From NCBI RefSeq assembly GCF_009914755.1, contig NC_060928.1: DNA of 64,000 nt; one strand, written 5' to 3'. Positions 1 through 16,709 of this stretch are shown piece by piece. Source of the stretch: the human T2T-CHM13v2.0 reference genome, Homo sapiens. Numbering within the stretch: position 1 is the stretch's first letter; each line of letters begins with the position of its first letter. Position numbers and translations under genes: made by a program. The notes under the pieces are model-generated. The model did not search any database, was not told the origin of the DNA, and saw only the letters and a program-made list of their open reading frames with translations.

Positions 1-113
1 CTTAGGGAAGCCTCGGTGATTCTGCCACAGCCTCAGCCTCTGTGGCTCTGTGACCTGCCGGTATTGGATGATTCGTATCTAAGACTCTGGGACACTCCTG
101 AAGTCGGGAAATG
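1..113 (+). CDS. ZNF718: Exon 1 of the KRAB-ZNF gene: 5' UTR plus initiator ATG only (coding part 111-113); exon probably begins before the window
   Basis: GGGAA ATG|GTGAGT at 106-119 is the typical ZNF91-family first exon ending in the start codon with a consensus donor; it lies in CpG-rich sequence. Confidence 0.85.
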
Positions 114-750
114 GTGAGTGTGCAGGGCAGGGCGTCCCAAGGCTGTGGAGGCCTCATCGGAACCGGCGGGAAATGGCGGCGGTGGGAGGAGTCTGTGAAT
201 GGAGTTCCCGCTCAGCCCTCTGTCCTCAGTCCCCTCCGGTGAGGGACCCGCGCTCTTGTCAGTCCCCGTACAGCGGCTCTGGCCCAGCCTGCAGCCCTCC
301 TTGTGCAGCTCTGCGCCGGTAGCCCTGCACTTTCCCCGGGCTGTGGAGTGAGTAGGAGCTCATCCGGAAGACACCGCGGCGGCCTGCGCGGTGCCGGCGT
401 GGGAGGAGCTGTGGTCCGGAATCCCGTCCCTACTTTACCCTGTTCAGAATGAGATTGAGGCCCCATCAAAACATGGAGTTCATGTGAGCAAACAGGACTT
501 ATTAATGGGAAAGCTCTGCCGTGGCTCGTGGTTTGGGGACTGCCAGCGGGTCTTGAAGGAAAGGCTTTTGTGAGGTGTGTGAGGAAGCGAAGCAAATCAC
601 CTGCCTGCGCCAACTTTGCCGCCAGTCCCCTTGCCCTGTGCGCCTCCTCCGCGTGGCTGTTCCTGAATACGCTGGTGTCTGTTCGCATCTTTTAGAATAC
701 GCTGGTGTCGGTGCGCACAGCGCTTCTCTTAGTTCTGTGAGTAGTTCTGC
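1..750. promoter_or_regulatory. CpG-island-like 5' region, with a YY1-like AAATGGCGGC at 171-180 and a 4-codon uORF (MIRI*) at 68-82
   Basis: High GC and many CpGs compared with the AT-rich remainder; motifs read directly. Confidence 0.65.
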
Positions 751-1671
751 CACATTATTGAACTTGAGGAGGGTGTGGGCGTCCCTGGTTTGTAGGCAGG
801 GGTTCAGAAATGAAGACGGGTGTCCAGAGGCAGGGACTGGCGTCTGCAGGAGAGCAGCTGCGGGAAGAGTGCTGAGCTTGTGGGGTCAGCGCTGACTCTG
901 GGTGGTGTCGTTAGTGAGTTGCTGGACACCCCGTTGGGGTTGGAGCATTGACTGGTGTTGAGGAAACTCCGCAAGTTTTCTGTCAGAAGAAAGACATGGC
1001 CGAGTCTGGGTTGGAGGAAGTCACCTGGTGTCCGCAGGAGGCGCGGCCAGGTTCTGCACAGGCGCTGTCCCGCTGGGCACTGTCCTCTTCCTCCAGGCCT
1101 CCTCCCGGGGAGAAAGGGGACTGGGAACTTAGAGGAAAGCAGTTCTAAGAAACATCCCTTCCCCGCATCCTGCTGCCAGCCCCCACCCAATGCTAACCCA
1201 CTCCTGAGCACGCCCACTGGGCATTCGCACGGCCACACCTGGCCTAAGACAGGGTTCTACCCTCAGGAATTGTGCCCATGGCAGTTTTGCTCCTACAGTT
1301 TTCTGCCAAAAGCACACGCAGTGCCCAGAAGACTCCTGGCTCATCTCAACCCCAGATCTGTTTAGCAGGAGCCCGTTTCCTTCTCCAACCCAGGCTTCTG
1401 GACCACCTGATCTTAATCTCCTATGCCTTTATGGACTCAGGAATCAGTCAGTGCGTAGCCCTGCCTGGGCCTGTACCTGTAGCACAAACCAGTCCTTTCA
1501 TCAGTTGTGCCCTGCCCCCACCCCATGGCTCTTGATAGCTCCTTGTTGTCTTGTGCTTTTTCCTTCCCCACAAATCCTCTTTTCTGTGCATACAGTGTGC
1601 CCAAGTTCATCCCTTACGTGCCTACAAGAATTCAGACGTTAGGGAATTCAAGACCATGCCTTAGACCTGGC

Positions 1672-2566
<895 letters not shown>

Positions 2567-3432
2567 GAAGGTTTGTGAATAATTTTTGTGATATCCACTA
2601 CCACAGATAAGTAAAAATGCCCTCACATTCAAAGGGTTGGCCACCACTGATTTAAGGTATCTACTCACCTTCTAGATTTCTTAAATGCACTGTCATCAAC
2701 CAGCTTAGAACATTGCTAAGTGTATAGTAAGCTCTCAATTATTACCTTATTTCTTAATAACTATTATCTTTTAATTTTGTCTTATTTAGTAGGAAGCCTA
2801 CTGAAGTTCTGTTGAGATCTATCTATATATAAAAATGTGTGTCTCACACACATACACATACCTATATAAGTTATATATGTGTATAATAAATTCTTACTTA
2901 ACTTTGCTGATAGGTTCTTGGAAACAGTAAGTGAAGCAACATATTAAGTAAACTAATTTTTACCAGAATTTAATACAAGAGTTATGTTTGCATGACATAT
3001 AGCAACAATATTCATTTAAAGATGCACTTTTCATGAACCTATTTTGAACATAAAGTGAGGACTTACTGTACATACATGTGCAACCTGGATTTTTCTGATA
3101 AATAAAAATTGTATAATGTGTACAGTATAATGATTTGATATGTATATACATTGTAAAATAAAATATAGTCAAGTTAGTGAACACATCTATTACCTCAGGT
3201 AGATAACCAGTTTTTTTGTAGTAAGAACACTTAAGGTCTACTGTTGTAGCAAATTGTAAGCATACATTACAGTATTACTAACTATAAATAATGCTATTTT
3301 GCTGATCTAATGCTGAATGTACTTTAGATTTTTCAGAGTTACTCAAGTTACAACTAAAAATTTGTACTCTTTGAACAACATTTCCGTATTTTCCACCCTC
3401 AGGCACTAACAATCACCATCAATCAATGTTAA

Positions 3433-3744
<312 letters not shown>

Positions 3745-4104
3745 AATCAGTGTTAAAGTTGTTTAAGGTTACACTTAAGTTTCAAAATTGTGTTTTCTAT
3801 TACTGTGAAAAATGACACTAAAATTTTCACTTTGAATATATAGATCACTTATGATAATACGGTACTTTGACAGTATTAGTTATTCTAATGGAATATTTTT
3901 CCATTTATTTGTGTCTACTGAAATTTCTGTCATTAACATCTTATTGTATTTAGTGTATACATATTTAATCTCATCGGTTAAATTTACTATGATTAAATTT
4001 TTTATTTTTAAATTGTTGCAAATGAAAATTGTTTCTTTTTTTTTTGTTTGTTTTTGGAAAGTTTGTTGTTACTATTTGGAAATGCAACACATATTTTTAT
4101 GTTG

Positions 4105-4207
4105 GGCCAGTTCCAGTGACTCATTTCTGTAATCCCAGCACTTTCAGAGGCCAAGGCTGATAGATCACTTGAGCATAGGAGTTTAAGATGAACCTGGGCA
4201 ACAGAGT
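4105..4207 (+). mobile_element. Old Alu left monomer / FLAM fragment
   Basis: GGCCAG...CTGTAATCCCAGCACTTT...CCTGGGCAACA. Confidence 0.75.
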
Positions 4208-4970
<763 letters not shown>

Positions 4971-5033
4971 AGATTATGTATCCTGATGCTTTAATGAATG
5001 CATTTATTGAGTTTTTGTTCATTTACTCTAGAG

Positions 5034-5034
<1 letters not shown>

Positions 5035-5079
<45 letters not shown>
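5035..5079. repeat. (TA)n microsatellite
   Basis: About 22 uninterrupted TA units. Confidence 0.95.
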
Positions 5080-5082
<3 letters not shown>

Positions 5083-6219
5083 CATGATTATATAATCTAC
5101 AGACAGTAATGTTTTTATTTCTTTCCCAAAGCTGGAGAGCTTCGTTTTCCTTTTCCTTGCCTAATTGTTCTCATACAAATTTTTAGTAATATGTTAAGAT
5201 AGAAGCTGTGGCCCTGGAGGCAGGCCTGCAGATCTTGGCCTCAGCTGTGGTCTCTGAAGCAGCCCTGTGTCTGTACGTTTGAAGGATCTAACAATGATTA
5301 TAATTTCTGTAACTATAACAATGATTACAATTTGGCAGGTAAAGAACTCCTTTTGTTCTGTCCTCCTGCTGATGAGATTACCTCTGCTTTTGATGGTTGT
5401 GTTACCGGAGATTTGGACAGTCATGGATTCTTTCTGGGCCCTGGAAAGATTAAATTTCCTTGAGGACATTAATCTGTATGGCAGGCAGTAAGGCAGGGTT
5501 TTGAAGTTTGTCTGCGTATGATAGGCCAAGTACCAGGTGTATGAATGGGTTTGGCTTCTACTGACTACCGGGGAACAGTTTTCACAGGTCTCTCTGAGTC
5601 CCTGAGTGTGTACAACTGGCCATGGACTGTGGCTGTGAGGGCTAGAACTGAGTCACAGGACTGCTTCAGGGAACATAGCTGAGGCCGAGATCTGTAGGCC
5701 TGCCTCCAGGTCCATGGCTGGGTGTGTCTCCTTGCAGGTCTCTTGATAGGAAGGACCACTTGTGTACTGTAGCTGAGAGGAGTTTGAGACAGGTTGCAGA
5801 ACTGCTTCAGCATCCTTAGTAAGACCAAGCTTAGTGTGCCATGTTTTATCTGCAGCCATGTCTATGGGCTCTTGAGTTGGCCACCTGGGTGAGGCCCTGC
5901 TTTTTCCAAATATCCCTACTTGATCTTTGGCTCCACTGAGGTTTCACAACCCTAGCCAAAGGCAAGCACCTTTCTACTTGTGTTTTCTGTGAGTTTACTA
6001 CTTAAGATATCTTACCTAAGTGGAATCATACACTGTCACTTTATTAGTATCTTATTTCACTTAAAATAATGGCTTTAAGATTTATCCTTATTGTAGCATC
6101 TGACAAGATATTTTCATTTGAAGCTAAGGAATATTTCATTGTATGTATAAGCCACATCTTTTTAAATCATTCATCTATTGAAGGGTGTTTGAGTTTTTTC
6201 ACTTTTTGGCTTTTGTAAG

Positions 6220-6637
6220 TGATATAGTTTGGATCTGGGTCCCCATTCAAATCTCATGTCAAGTTGCAGTCCCTAGTGTTGGAGGTGGGCCTGGTGGGAG
6301 GTGATGGGATGGTAGGGTTGGCTTCTCATGAATGGTTAACACCATCCCCTTTGGTACTGTCTTTGGCATAGTGAGTTTGTTCTCCTGAGATCTCATTTTT
6401 TAAAAGCATGTGGCACCTCTCCTTTCACTGTCTCTTGCTCCTGCTCCCACTATGTGAGGTGACTCACTCTTTGTTTGCTTTCTACCATAATTGGAAGCTT
6501 TTTGAGGCCTCTCTAGAAACAGAAGCTGCTATGCTTCCTGTACAGCCTGCAGAACCACGAGCCAATTAAACCTTTTTCTAAAAAAAAAAATTACCTAGTC
6601 TCAGGTATTTATAGCAATGCAAGAATAAACTAATACA
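6220..6637 (+). mobile_element. MSTA-type MaLR solo LTR, inside an old L1 fragment
   Basis: TGATATAGTTTGGATCTG start and AACTAATACA end, with internal ATTAAA. Confidence 0.85.
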
Positions 6638-8728
6638 GTGAATATTGCTGCAGTAAACATGGATGTGCAAATATTTCTGTCAGATATACTTTGCATATTT
6701 TGAATAGGATGCTCAGAAGTAGAATTAGTGGGTCATAGAATAACTTCATTTTTTTTTTGGAGGAACCCCTATACATTTTTTAGGGGCTGCATCACTTTCT
6801 TCCCACCAGCAGTGCACAAGGGTTTCAATTCATCTACATTGTTGACATTTGTTATTTTTTGTTTGCTTGATATTGGCCATTCCAATTAATACACGATAAT
6901 ACCTCATTGTGGTTTTGCTTTACATTTTTCTAAAGATTAAAAATTTTTTCAATAATTGTTTGCTGTGTGTATTTATTCTTTGGAGAAACATTTTCACCTC
7001 CTGTTCATTTGTTAATCATATTACTTACTCTTTGTTGACTTTTTGGAGTTTATTCTGGGTGTTAACTTCTGTCAAATGTATACTTTTTACTTTTTTTTTT
7101 CTTACTCGGGACTGACTAAATGTTTATTTTAATGTTCAGAGATAAATTTAATGTAGTCCATTTTTCTGTGTTTTTAAATTTGTTACTCATGTAGTTGATG
7201 CTATATGCAAGAAAACATTGCCAAGACCAATGTCATAATCTTTCTTCCTGTATTTTCTTCCAAAAATTGTAGAGTTATGCTTCTTACATTTAAATATTTA
7301 ATTTATTCAAGATAGTTTTTGTATATGGTTCAGGATTTTAAATTTTTATGAGTACACAGTAGCTTTTTGTATCTATGGGTTACATGAGATATTTTGATGT
7401 AGGCATGAAATGCATAAAAATCATATCAGGGTAAATGGGTATTCATTACCTCAAGTGTTTATTCTTTGTTTTACAGACAACCTAACTACATTCTTTTAGT
7501 TATTTAAAAATGTACAATTAAATTGCTTTTGACTATAGTCACTCTGTGTACTAGCAACTGCTACATCTTACTCTTTCTAATTATTTTTCTACCCATTAAT
7601 CTTCCCCACTTCCCCCAGTCCCCTGCTACACTTTCCAGCCTCTGGTAACAATCCTTCTGCTCTCTGTCTCTATGAATTAGTTTAATTTTAGCTCCAGCAA
7701 ATGTGTGAGAACATGCAACGTTTGCCTTCATGTGCTTGGCTTATTTTTCTTAACATAATGACCTCTAGTTCCATCCATGTTGTTGAAGATGATGGGATCT
7801 TGTTCTTTTTTATGATTGAAAAGTACTCTGTTATGTATGTGCACCACATTTACTTTGTCCATTCATGTAAGGGACACTTAGGTTGCTTCTAAATTTTGGC
7901 TAATGTGAACACTGCTGCAGTGAAAATGGAGCTTCAAATATCTCTCTGATGTCCTGATTTCCTTTCTTTTATGTACATACCTAGCAATGGGATTGCTGGA
8001 TAATATTGTAGCTTTATTTTTCATTTTTTGAGGAACCTCTAAACTGGTCTCCATGGTCATTGTAGTAATTTACATTCCCACCAAGAGAGTACTAGAGTTC
8101 AACTTTCACTTTTCTCCACATCCTCACCAGCATTTATTAATCACCTGACTTTTGGATAAAAGCCATTGTAACTGGGGTGAGATAATATCTCATTGTCATT
8201 TTGATTTGCATTTCTCTGATGATAAATAATGTTGAGCACCCTGTCATATGGCTTTTTGTTATTTGTAGGCTCTCTTTTGAGAAATTTCTATTCAAATTTT
8301 TTGCTTATTTATCATCAGATTTTATCCTATAGAGCTGTTTGTGTGCCTTATGTATTCTTGTTATTAATTCCTTATAGGCAGTTTCCAGATATTTTCTCCC
8401 ATTTTATGTGTTGTCTCTTCACTTTGTTGATTGTTTCACTTCCTGTTTAGAAGCTCGTTAACTGATGTGATTCCATTTGTTCATTTTTGCGTTGGCTGCC
8501 TGTGCTTGTGGGGTATTACTCAAGACATCTTTGTTCAGTTTAATTTCCTGGAGAGTTTCACCAATGTTTTTTGTAGTAGTTTCATAGTTTGATGTCTTAG
8601 ATTTGTCTCTAATCCGTTTTGATTTAATTTTTTTTAGATGGCAAGAGATAGAGGTCTAGTTTTATTCCTCTGAATATGGATATTCAGTTTTTGTAACACA
8701 ATTTGTTGAAGAGACTCCCCCATTATAT

Positions 8729-11700
8729 TGAGGCAGGAAAATAGAGTCTGGAGGCAGAAAACATAAGACCACTTCACACTTCACCTTTCCATAGGGCATG
8801 GGCCATAAATAACTTTGTAACTTTATTTCATCCTCTCCATTTACATAGGGCATACTAGGGGGTATTTAAACTCCCAAAAATTCTGTAATGGGGCCTTTGA
8901 GCCCCTACGCTTGGGCTTTTTCCCACACTGTGGAGTGTATTTTCATTTTCAATAAATCACTTCATGCCTTCCTTGCTTTGTGCGTTTTGTCCAATTCTTT
9001 GTTAAAGACGTCAAGGACCTGGACACCTACAACTGGTAACGTATATTTTGGCCAGCCAGGAGGAAGAAGTAAGCCCAAAGTTTGGGATTCATTTTTCTCT
9101 CTTTCCTTTCTGCTCCATACAAGAGCTTTCTCTTTTCATTTCCAACTTGGAACACTTGGTGGGCAGCACCTAAACGTGGAGGCAACTGCAGGTTTCTGGC
9201 TGTGGCCTGTGAAACTAATGGGTTTCCGTGCAGAGAAGGCTGACTGCCACCTCCTGGTTTGCTTAAGGAACCTGGGTCTTTTTCATTTTTTTTTCCTTTA
9301 TTTCTCAGTCTTTAAGTCGCTGTTTATAATTGCCCTGCCCAGAAGGGGGAATGACTTTTTTTTTTATCTTTTCTGCACGTGGTCCCCGATCCCTATGTGT
9401 GGCGCAGTTCAGAGCAAACTCGCACATGTTTTAAGGGACTTAAACCTTCTTATGCTAAATTCTTCCCTTACCGTACTCAACTGGCTACGGAACAAAAAGG
9501 CCCACCCGGCATCCAGTTCTCATTGCAGTTCATGGCTATTTTTATAAAGCTTATAGTGTGCTCTGGAGGTGCCCACCTAAGGTCAGAGACATCTGACACT
9601 GAGATCGGATCCACAGGAGGATACTCTGTGGGTCCTGCGGACCTCAACCTTCCCAAAGGGGACGTTCTTGGCAGAGGTTCTGAGGTCTGGTACTAAACCC
9701 TCCTTGGAATTTTCTCTCATAGTTGCAATGCTGTTTGGCCCCAACATTGTTTGGAATTTGGAGTTTACTGTTGAATGGAAAAGTGGAATGGCATTGTATC
9801 TATGCAGGCTTTTGTGCTGTGGTTCCAAGCAGGGGACCTGGTTAATGTGTGATGCCCTCCTTTGGTATGGTTTGGCCCCAGTGCTCTTTGGATTCTGGGG
9901 AGGTTTGGCCTTTAAAAATCAAACTGCCATGGAGACTGCTTTACCCAAAATTTTGGTTCACAGCCTTCATTGGATTATCTACTGGGGCAAAGTAAAACCA
10001 GTAAGTTTCTATTGCTATCTCATGGCTAAGGTTCCAAGCTATTGAGTCTTCATTTATGTGTGTGTATACATGTCTAGATGTCTTTATTTGCATGTACACT
10101 TACTGTTATATGTTATGTCTACCAAATTGGCTTATAAGTAAAAGAGCACTCATAAGTAAGTCTAAGCAATTTTCAAGTTCATGTGACTTAAAGTATAACT
10201 TTACTAAACAAGCTAGCTTTAAAATTATTGGTGGAATAAAAATATAAATGCCTTCATAATTATCAGCATACATTTTGTCTGAATTTTATGTTTGTCTTTG
10301 CTAAATATTTTTAAATGTCAGTGTTAATTCAAGCTGGGAGCTACTTAGGGTGAGCCTGCCTTCTTCCATTCTATCCGAAGTCTCTTCTAAAGTTGCGGAA
10401 TTGTCCATATCCATTAGTTCAGGATTTTTTGTTTTTTAGGGTTTCACTAAAGTTTCAGGTTTCTATTTAACATGTAATTCTGTATACCAAATGTACCAGA
10501 AAGGGTTATGTTATTCATGAAAAAAAAAAGAGAATAGTTTTGTCTAATTCAATAGTTATCTAAAAGTTGGTTCAAATTACAGATTTAAAAAGGTTATTCA
10601 TAAAACAATGTAGTAAGGAATCATTAGGCAAAAAATGTGGGAAAAGTTTAAATCATAAAATATTTTTTAAACCCTGATAAAGAATTGGAGACGTTTGGCT
10701 AATTAAACATTTTCATAAAGCTGTTAGTTTTGATTAAAGTAAAATAAAAAGTATTGTAAAAATGCATCAGCAGTTTGGCAATTATTTTTTTAAATATAGT
10801 TAAGCATGAAGCTGGATATAATGTAAAGCCAAATTTCACATACATGCTTGTTTCCTAATGCCTGGCTTTTTGGATGGATCAGAGGGCCACTGAAAACATT
10901 CAGAAAGGAGGTAAACAGGATTATTTGACATGTTTGGGTACATGTGATTGCTAAAATGATGTTCAATCTGCTTTAGGTTATATTTTTGTGAATAATACTA
11001 ATATATGTTCCAAAACTGTATGAGATTTCTAAAATAGTATATGCTGTCAATTATAATTATGGTTATTATGTTATTATAAACTGCAGAAATAATCAAATTT
11101 CCTTGTATAAAGCTACTGACCTACTAACACAAGTAAAACAAAAATTAAATACCAAAACAATACAATACAATTAAAGCTTCAGGTATATTTGGTCACCTGG
11201 TGGGCCATTTAAACATTTTATAAAGGGATTTCATTCAGTTGTTATTTTCAGTGCATGTTTTCTGTTGTATAAAAGCTTTACTATGCAAGGAGGCTGAGAT
11301 TATTATGCTACAGTATATTTCCAGCAGGTAAAAAAGCTTTTTATGGTTTAAATCTTCTGAGAACATAGGAGAAAAACTGTCCTTGCCACCCACACTACAA
11401 CAAAATGTCAGGACTTTGGGCTTTAGGTTAACGGGTTTTGATAAGGGTCCCTCCACATTTTTGGAACTGTGCAGCCATTGGAACCCTTGAGGTGAAGCTA
11501 ACCAGGGAGATTTCTCCCAAGAAGATGGCATCCTTGATGTAAACAGCTTTTCCCAAGTTCACAAATTAAAACTTCTATCATAAAACTCTTACCTTTGAAT
11601 TTTTTTTCTTATGCTTCTACAAACATTAAAAGTAGAAAAGGGATCTGTTAAGTGCATTTATGGAGTATACTTCTATTTGTGAAGGAGTTTGCAGCCAGCC

Positions 11701-13643
11701 TTATATATGGATAAGCTTATACTTAGATAAATAAAAGATGAAAGCCCAGTCAGTGTAAGTAAGAAACTTTAATGGTACATACATTGCCTCATAATCAGTC
11801 CAAAAACAAAACATTGGTTCACTCCTGTTAACCCACACCGTGGGCTAAAGAGACCATTGCCAGGAGGCCTTCACTCTTCTAGAGGGGCATCATTTGTTAG
11901 GTCCTTTCCCATGGTTTAAAGTAAAAGAAGCAATGATTTAAAAAGGTATCCCTCATGATAGGCTCTATAGCAAATTCTACTGTAAAGGCTACAGTTACAC
12001 AATAGACTTTAAATTCTTTTGTGAAAGTTATAATAGAATTGACTAAACAAAGAGGTACCTGTGCAGCTGCTGGCACTTGTGGCTTATGGAGAAATACATC
12101 AAATGAAGATTATAGAAATTCAGTGGTAGGGGATTAACAAAGAAATTGCTTAGTTAAGTAAGTAAACTCTTTATCTGGCTCATTCTTTGATCTATTTAAT
12201 TTTACGAGGTTTGGTTTATGGAAACCTTGAGTAAGGAGCATACTGTGAACTCTTGGTATTTTCCTCCCAATAGTCATAATAATAGTCTCCCTTGTGTGCT
12301 GTATTCTCTCAAAGGTTTTAAATGCTTGCATGCAGCCATCTCTAGGATGTCATATGGTCTCTCTTCAACTAGAATAACAGAAGCTAAAAGAAACGTGCAA
12401 CCATGAGAACACCGTAACCTATAAATAATGTGCTGAGACCAGAAATCCAAAATGATGGTAACTGAGAGTGGCTCTAAGGCCCTAAATTTTGGACACACAC
12501 TAATCTAAGTGAGAACCTAACCAAAAAGGGGGAATTTCGTTTTGTTTTGTTTGAGACGGAGTCTCTGTCACCCAGACTGGAGTGCAGTGGTGTAATCTTG
12601 GCTCACTGCAACCTCTGCCTCCCAGGTTCAAGCAATTCTTTGCCTCAGCCTCCCAAGTAGCTGGGATTAGTGCCTACCACCACGCCTGGCTAATTTTTCT
12701 ATTTTTAGTAGAGACGGGGTTTCACCATTTTGTCCAGGCTGATCTTGAACTCCTGACCTTGTGATCCACCTGCCTCAGCCTCCCAAAGTGCTAGGATTAC
12801 AGGCGTGAGCCAGTGTGCACGGCCAAGGGGGAAGTTTTTAAACAAAATTCTGGGATGCCATTGTTTTGGACTAAGCTCATACACTAGGCACCAACAGACC
12901 AAAACAAAATGGAGTTGCTTGTGCCAAGACTTTAAGGAAACACATAAATTCTAGAACAAATCAAGTTTTTTTTCTCCTGCAAATCTCTGTAACAAACATT
13001 CTTAACAGCATAGGTATCCACCCCCATTATATCTTTTAACCAAACACGTTTGCTCTTGCCTAGAGACCATCAAGCTTCACTGATCATGCAGTGAAATCTC
13101 CAGCCAGTTCCAGGTGAAAACACACCCCTGGCCATCAAGAAACTACCCTGCCTCCACTAGACAGAACAGGGCGAGAGTACTGTGATCCCCAATAGACAGG
13201 GACTATGCCCCAAGCCAGCATAAAGCAGTTACAGAAAGAAAAAGACCGTTGACCCCCCCGTCTCCTATAAGGATTTATGGGGATCACATCTCTCGGGGGA
13301 CATGAGGCAGGAAAACGGTCTGGAGGCAGGGACCATAAGCCCAATTCACACTTCAGCTATAACAGGAAATATCCTCTCCATAGGGCATCCACCGTTAATA
13401 ACTAAATTTACTTCACCCTCTCCATTTACGTTGGGCATACCCAAAGTAACCAATGGAATACTCTAGGTGGTATTTAAGCTCCCAAAAATTCTGTAAGGGG
13501 GCCTTCGAGCCCCTATGCTCGGGCCCGCACTGTGGAGTGTACTTTCATTTTTAGTAAATCCTTTTATTCCTTCCTTGCTTTGTGTATTTTGTCCAATTCT
13601 TTGTTCAAGATGCCAAGAACCCGGATACTTTCTAGCGGTAACA
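8729..13643 (+). mobile_element. MER61-like ERV1 provirus: 5' LTR 8729-9041, non-coding internal region, 3' LTR 13303-13643
   Basis: Two homologous LTRs TGAGGCAGGAAAA...GGTAAC(G/A); 4-bp TSD ATAT; degenerate tRNA-Arg-type PBS TGGCCAGCCAGGAG; purine tract before the 3' LTR. Confidence 0.85.
12540..12824 (-). mobile_element. AluS inside the MER61 internal region
   Basis: Full Alu; TSD AAGGGGGAA. Confidence 0.9.
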
Positions 13644-14811
13644 ATATATTCCTGACAGCTTTGTCAAAAAGAAGTTTGCTGTAATATGGATTTATCTCTG
13701 CATTCGCTCTACTGTTTTACTGATCAGTTTTATGCCATTTTAATTACGGTAGCTCTGTTGTATCATTTAAATTCAAATACTATGATTCCTCCAGTTTCTT
13801 TTCTGGTACAATGGCTTTGGCTATTTTGAGTCTTTTATGGGTCTGTCTACATTATAAGATTGTTTTTCCTATTTCTGTGAAGAATGTCATTGATGCTTTG
13901 ATAGGAATTGCATTAAATCTGTAGATCATTTTGGGTAGTATGAAAATTTTAATAATACTGATCCTTCCTATTCATGAACATAAAATATCTTTCCTTTTTT
14001 TTCTCTTGTTTAATTTCTTGCATCGATGTTTTATAGTATTCATCATAGAGATCTTTCACTTCTTTGGTTAAGTTCATTCCTGGTATTTAATTTTAATTTG
14101 TGGCTACCGTAAATGGAATTACTCTCTTGGTTTGATTTTCACATTGTTCACTGTTGGCATGTAGAAACACTAATTTTTTAATCCTGTATCTTGACTAAAT
14201 GTATGAGTTCTAATGGTGTTTTAGTGAAGTAGGTTTTTTCAAATATAAGACCCCATCATATGCAAAGTTTTTTTTGTGACAGATTTTTTTTTTCTATATG
14301 TCTCTTTTGTTTGATATAGCCACTCGTACACTTTTTTAGTTATTGGCATGGAATATTCTTTTTCATCTTCGAACCACTAATTCCCAGTGTGGGAATAATG
14401 ATACTAACCCTTTCATGAGAGTAGAGCTCTCATAACCTAATAGCTTCTTAAGGGGCTCACTTCATTTTCTCACAGTGGCAGTTAAATATTAACATAAATT
14501 TTGGAGGGACACTCAAACAATAGCAATATGTTTTCACTGGATAAGTAAATGTTTTTCTATTTAGAGGAATTATTGATGAGAACTTATTACTGCCATTTTG
14601 TTCATTGTTTTCTGACCAGTTAGTAGTTTCTGTGTTTTAATTCTTTCATGCTTTCTTCCCTTGCGTTTTCTTGAATTTTTGTTTTGTTTTTCTTATATGC
14701 TTTGATTCTTTTTCTTTTGTATCTACTGCCATTTTTATTTTAATTTCCAAGAGACTTACATAAAACATCTCATAGTTATAAAAGTCTAGCTTGAGATAAC
14801 AATGTAACTTC

Positions 14812-15094
14812 TTTTTTTGTACAGATAGGGTCTTCCTTTGTTACTCAGGCTGAAGTGCAGTACATTCACAGCTTAGTGCAGCCTCGACCTCCCCAGGCTC
14901 AAGCAATCTTCCCACCTTACCCTCCTGAGTAGCTGGGACTACAAGCACAAGTCTGTCTACTTTTTTTTGTACTTTATATAGAGGCAGGGTTTTGCCATGT
15001 TGCTCAGGCTGGTCTTGAACTCCTGGGTTCAAGCACTCCACCTGCCTTGGCCTCTCCAAGTGCTAGGATTACATGCATGAGACATCACACCCAG
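14812..15094 (-). mobile_element. AluJ
   Basis: Diverged antisense Alu with J-type GCAGCCTCGACCTCC. Confidence 0.85.
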
Positions 15095-16274
15095 TGCTTC
15101 TTTTTTTAAAAAAACCAAACAGCTTTGTGAGATCTTTATTTTATTTTATTCATGTATTTATTTTAGAGACAGAGTCCCGCTATATTGACCAGGCTGGTTT
15201 TGAACTCCAGGCCTCAAGCAAAAGTTACCTTCTATGTATAGAAAAATTAAACAATTTTACTTCCTTTAACACACTATTTATGTCACCCTTTACTTTTTTT
15301 TAATATTGTGTACCTGTTAACAAATATACTGAAGCTATATGTGTTTTAATGCTTTTTTTGTAACTTATATCAGAGTTAAAAGTGATTTATGCACCATAAT
15401 TAGTGATATAGCCTTCTATATATATATATATATATATATGTTTTCCAGTAAGATTTATACTTTTATATGTTTTCTTGCTGTAAGTTAGGATTCCATCCTT
15501 ATAACTTGAAAAATTCTCATTAACATTTTTTTGTAAGACAGGTCTAGTGATTATAAATTCCCTCAACTTATTTTTTAATCTGAGAATATCTTGATTGATA
15601 CTTCATTTGTAAAGGACAGTTTTGTCAGGTATAGTCTCCTTATTTGTCAACGTTTTTTCTTTTTCTCTGTTCATTTGCACTTTAAATATACGGTCTCACT
15701 TCTGTGTGGCTTGCATGGTTTCTGCTGAGCAATTTACTGATAACCTTATAGATGTTCCCTTATATGAGAAGAATCTCTTTTTCTTGCTTCTTTTAAGAAT
15801 CTCCCATTGTCTTTGAATTTTTGGCAGTTTAATTATAATTGTGTCCTGGGCAAGTTTTTTATCAAGTTCTTCTTGCTACTGATATTTTGAGCCTCATAAA
15901 ACTGAATGTCTGTATTTCTTCCAAGATTGGGAAAATTTTAACACATTATATCTTTAAACAATAAAAAAAAGTTTTCTCTCTTTTGAACCTCCTAAAATAT
16001 GTACCTTTTTATGGTTTATCATATAGCATGGGTTCCAAATTCTTTATTCACACTTTCATTTTTAAAAAATTTCTAATTAGAAACTTTCAAATGACTTACG
16101 TTTGCTGGGGTGTTTTTTTTTTATATAGCTGAGTCTCCTGTTAAAGCTTTCTCTTAAATTTTTCAGTTCTACTATTTTTACTTTGACTCCAGCATATCTA
16201 TTTGGTTCTTTTTTAATGGTTTCTTTTTCTGTATTGTGATTTTGTTCATGCATTGTTGCAAAAAAATTTAGTAA

Positions 16275-16709
<435 letters not shown>

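Larger units (their letters stand above)
7340..14265 (-). mobile_element. L1MA-type 3' fragment split by the MER61 provirus (7340-8728 and 13644-14265)
   Basis: Antisense L1 3' UTR and ORF2 sequence that resumes in register after the provirus. Confidence 0.75.

Noticed and set aside
212-1365. Several 100-158 aa ORFs on both strands
   Set aside because: Chance ORFs of GC-rich sequence with no recognisable domain
8795-8806. p53 half-site in the MER61 LTR (GGGCATGGGC)
   Set aside because: Does not fit RRRCWWGYYY and has no adjacent second half-site
8888-9547. 219-aa ORF
   Set aside because: Spans the MER61 LTR and leader; low complexity and no Gag motifs
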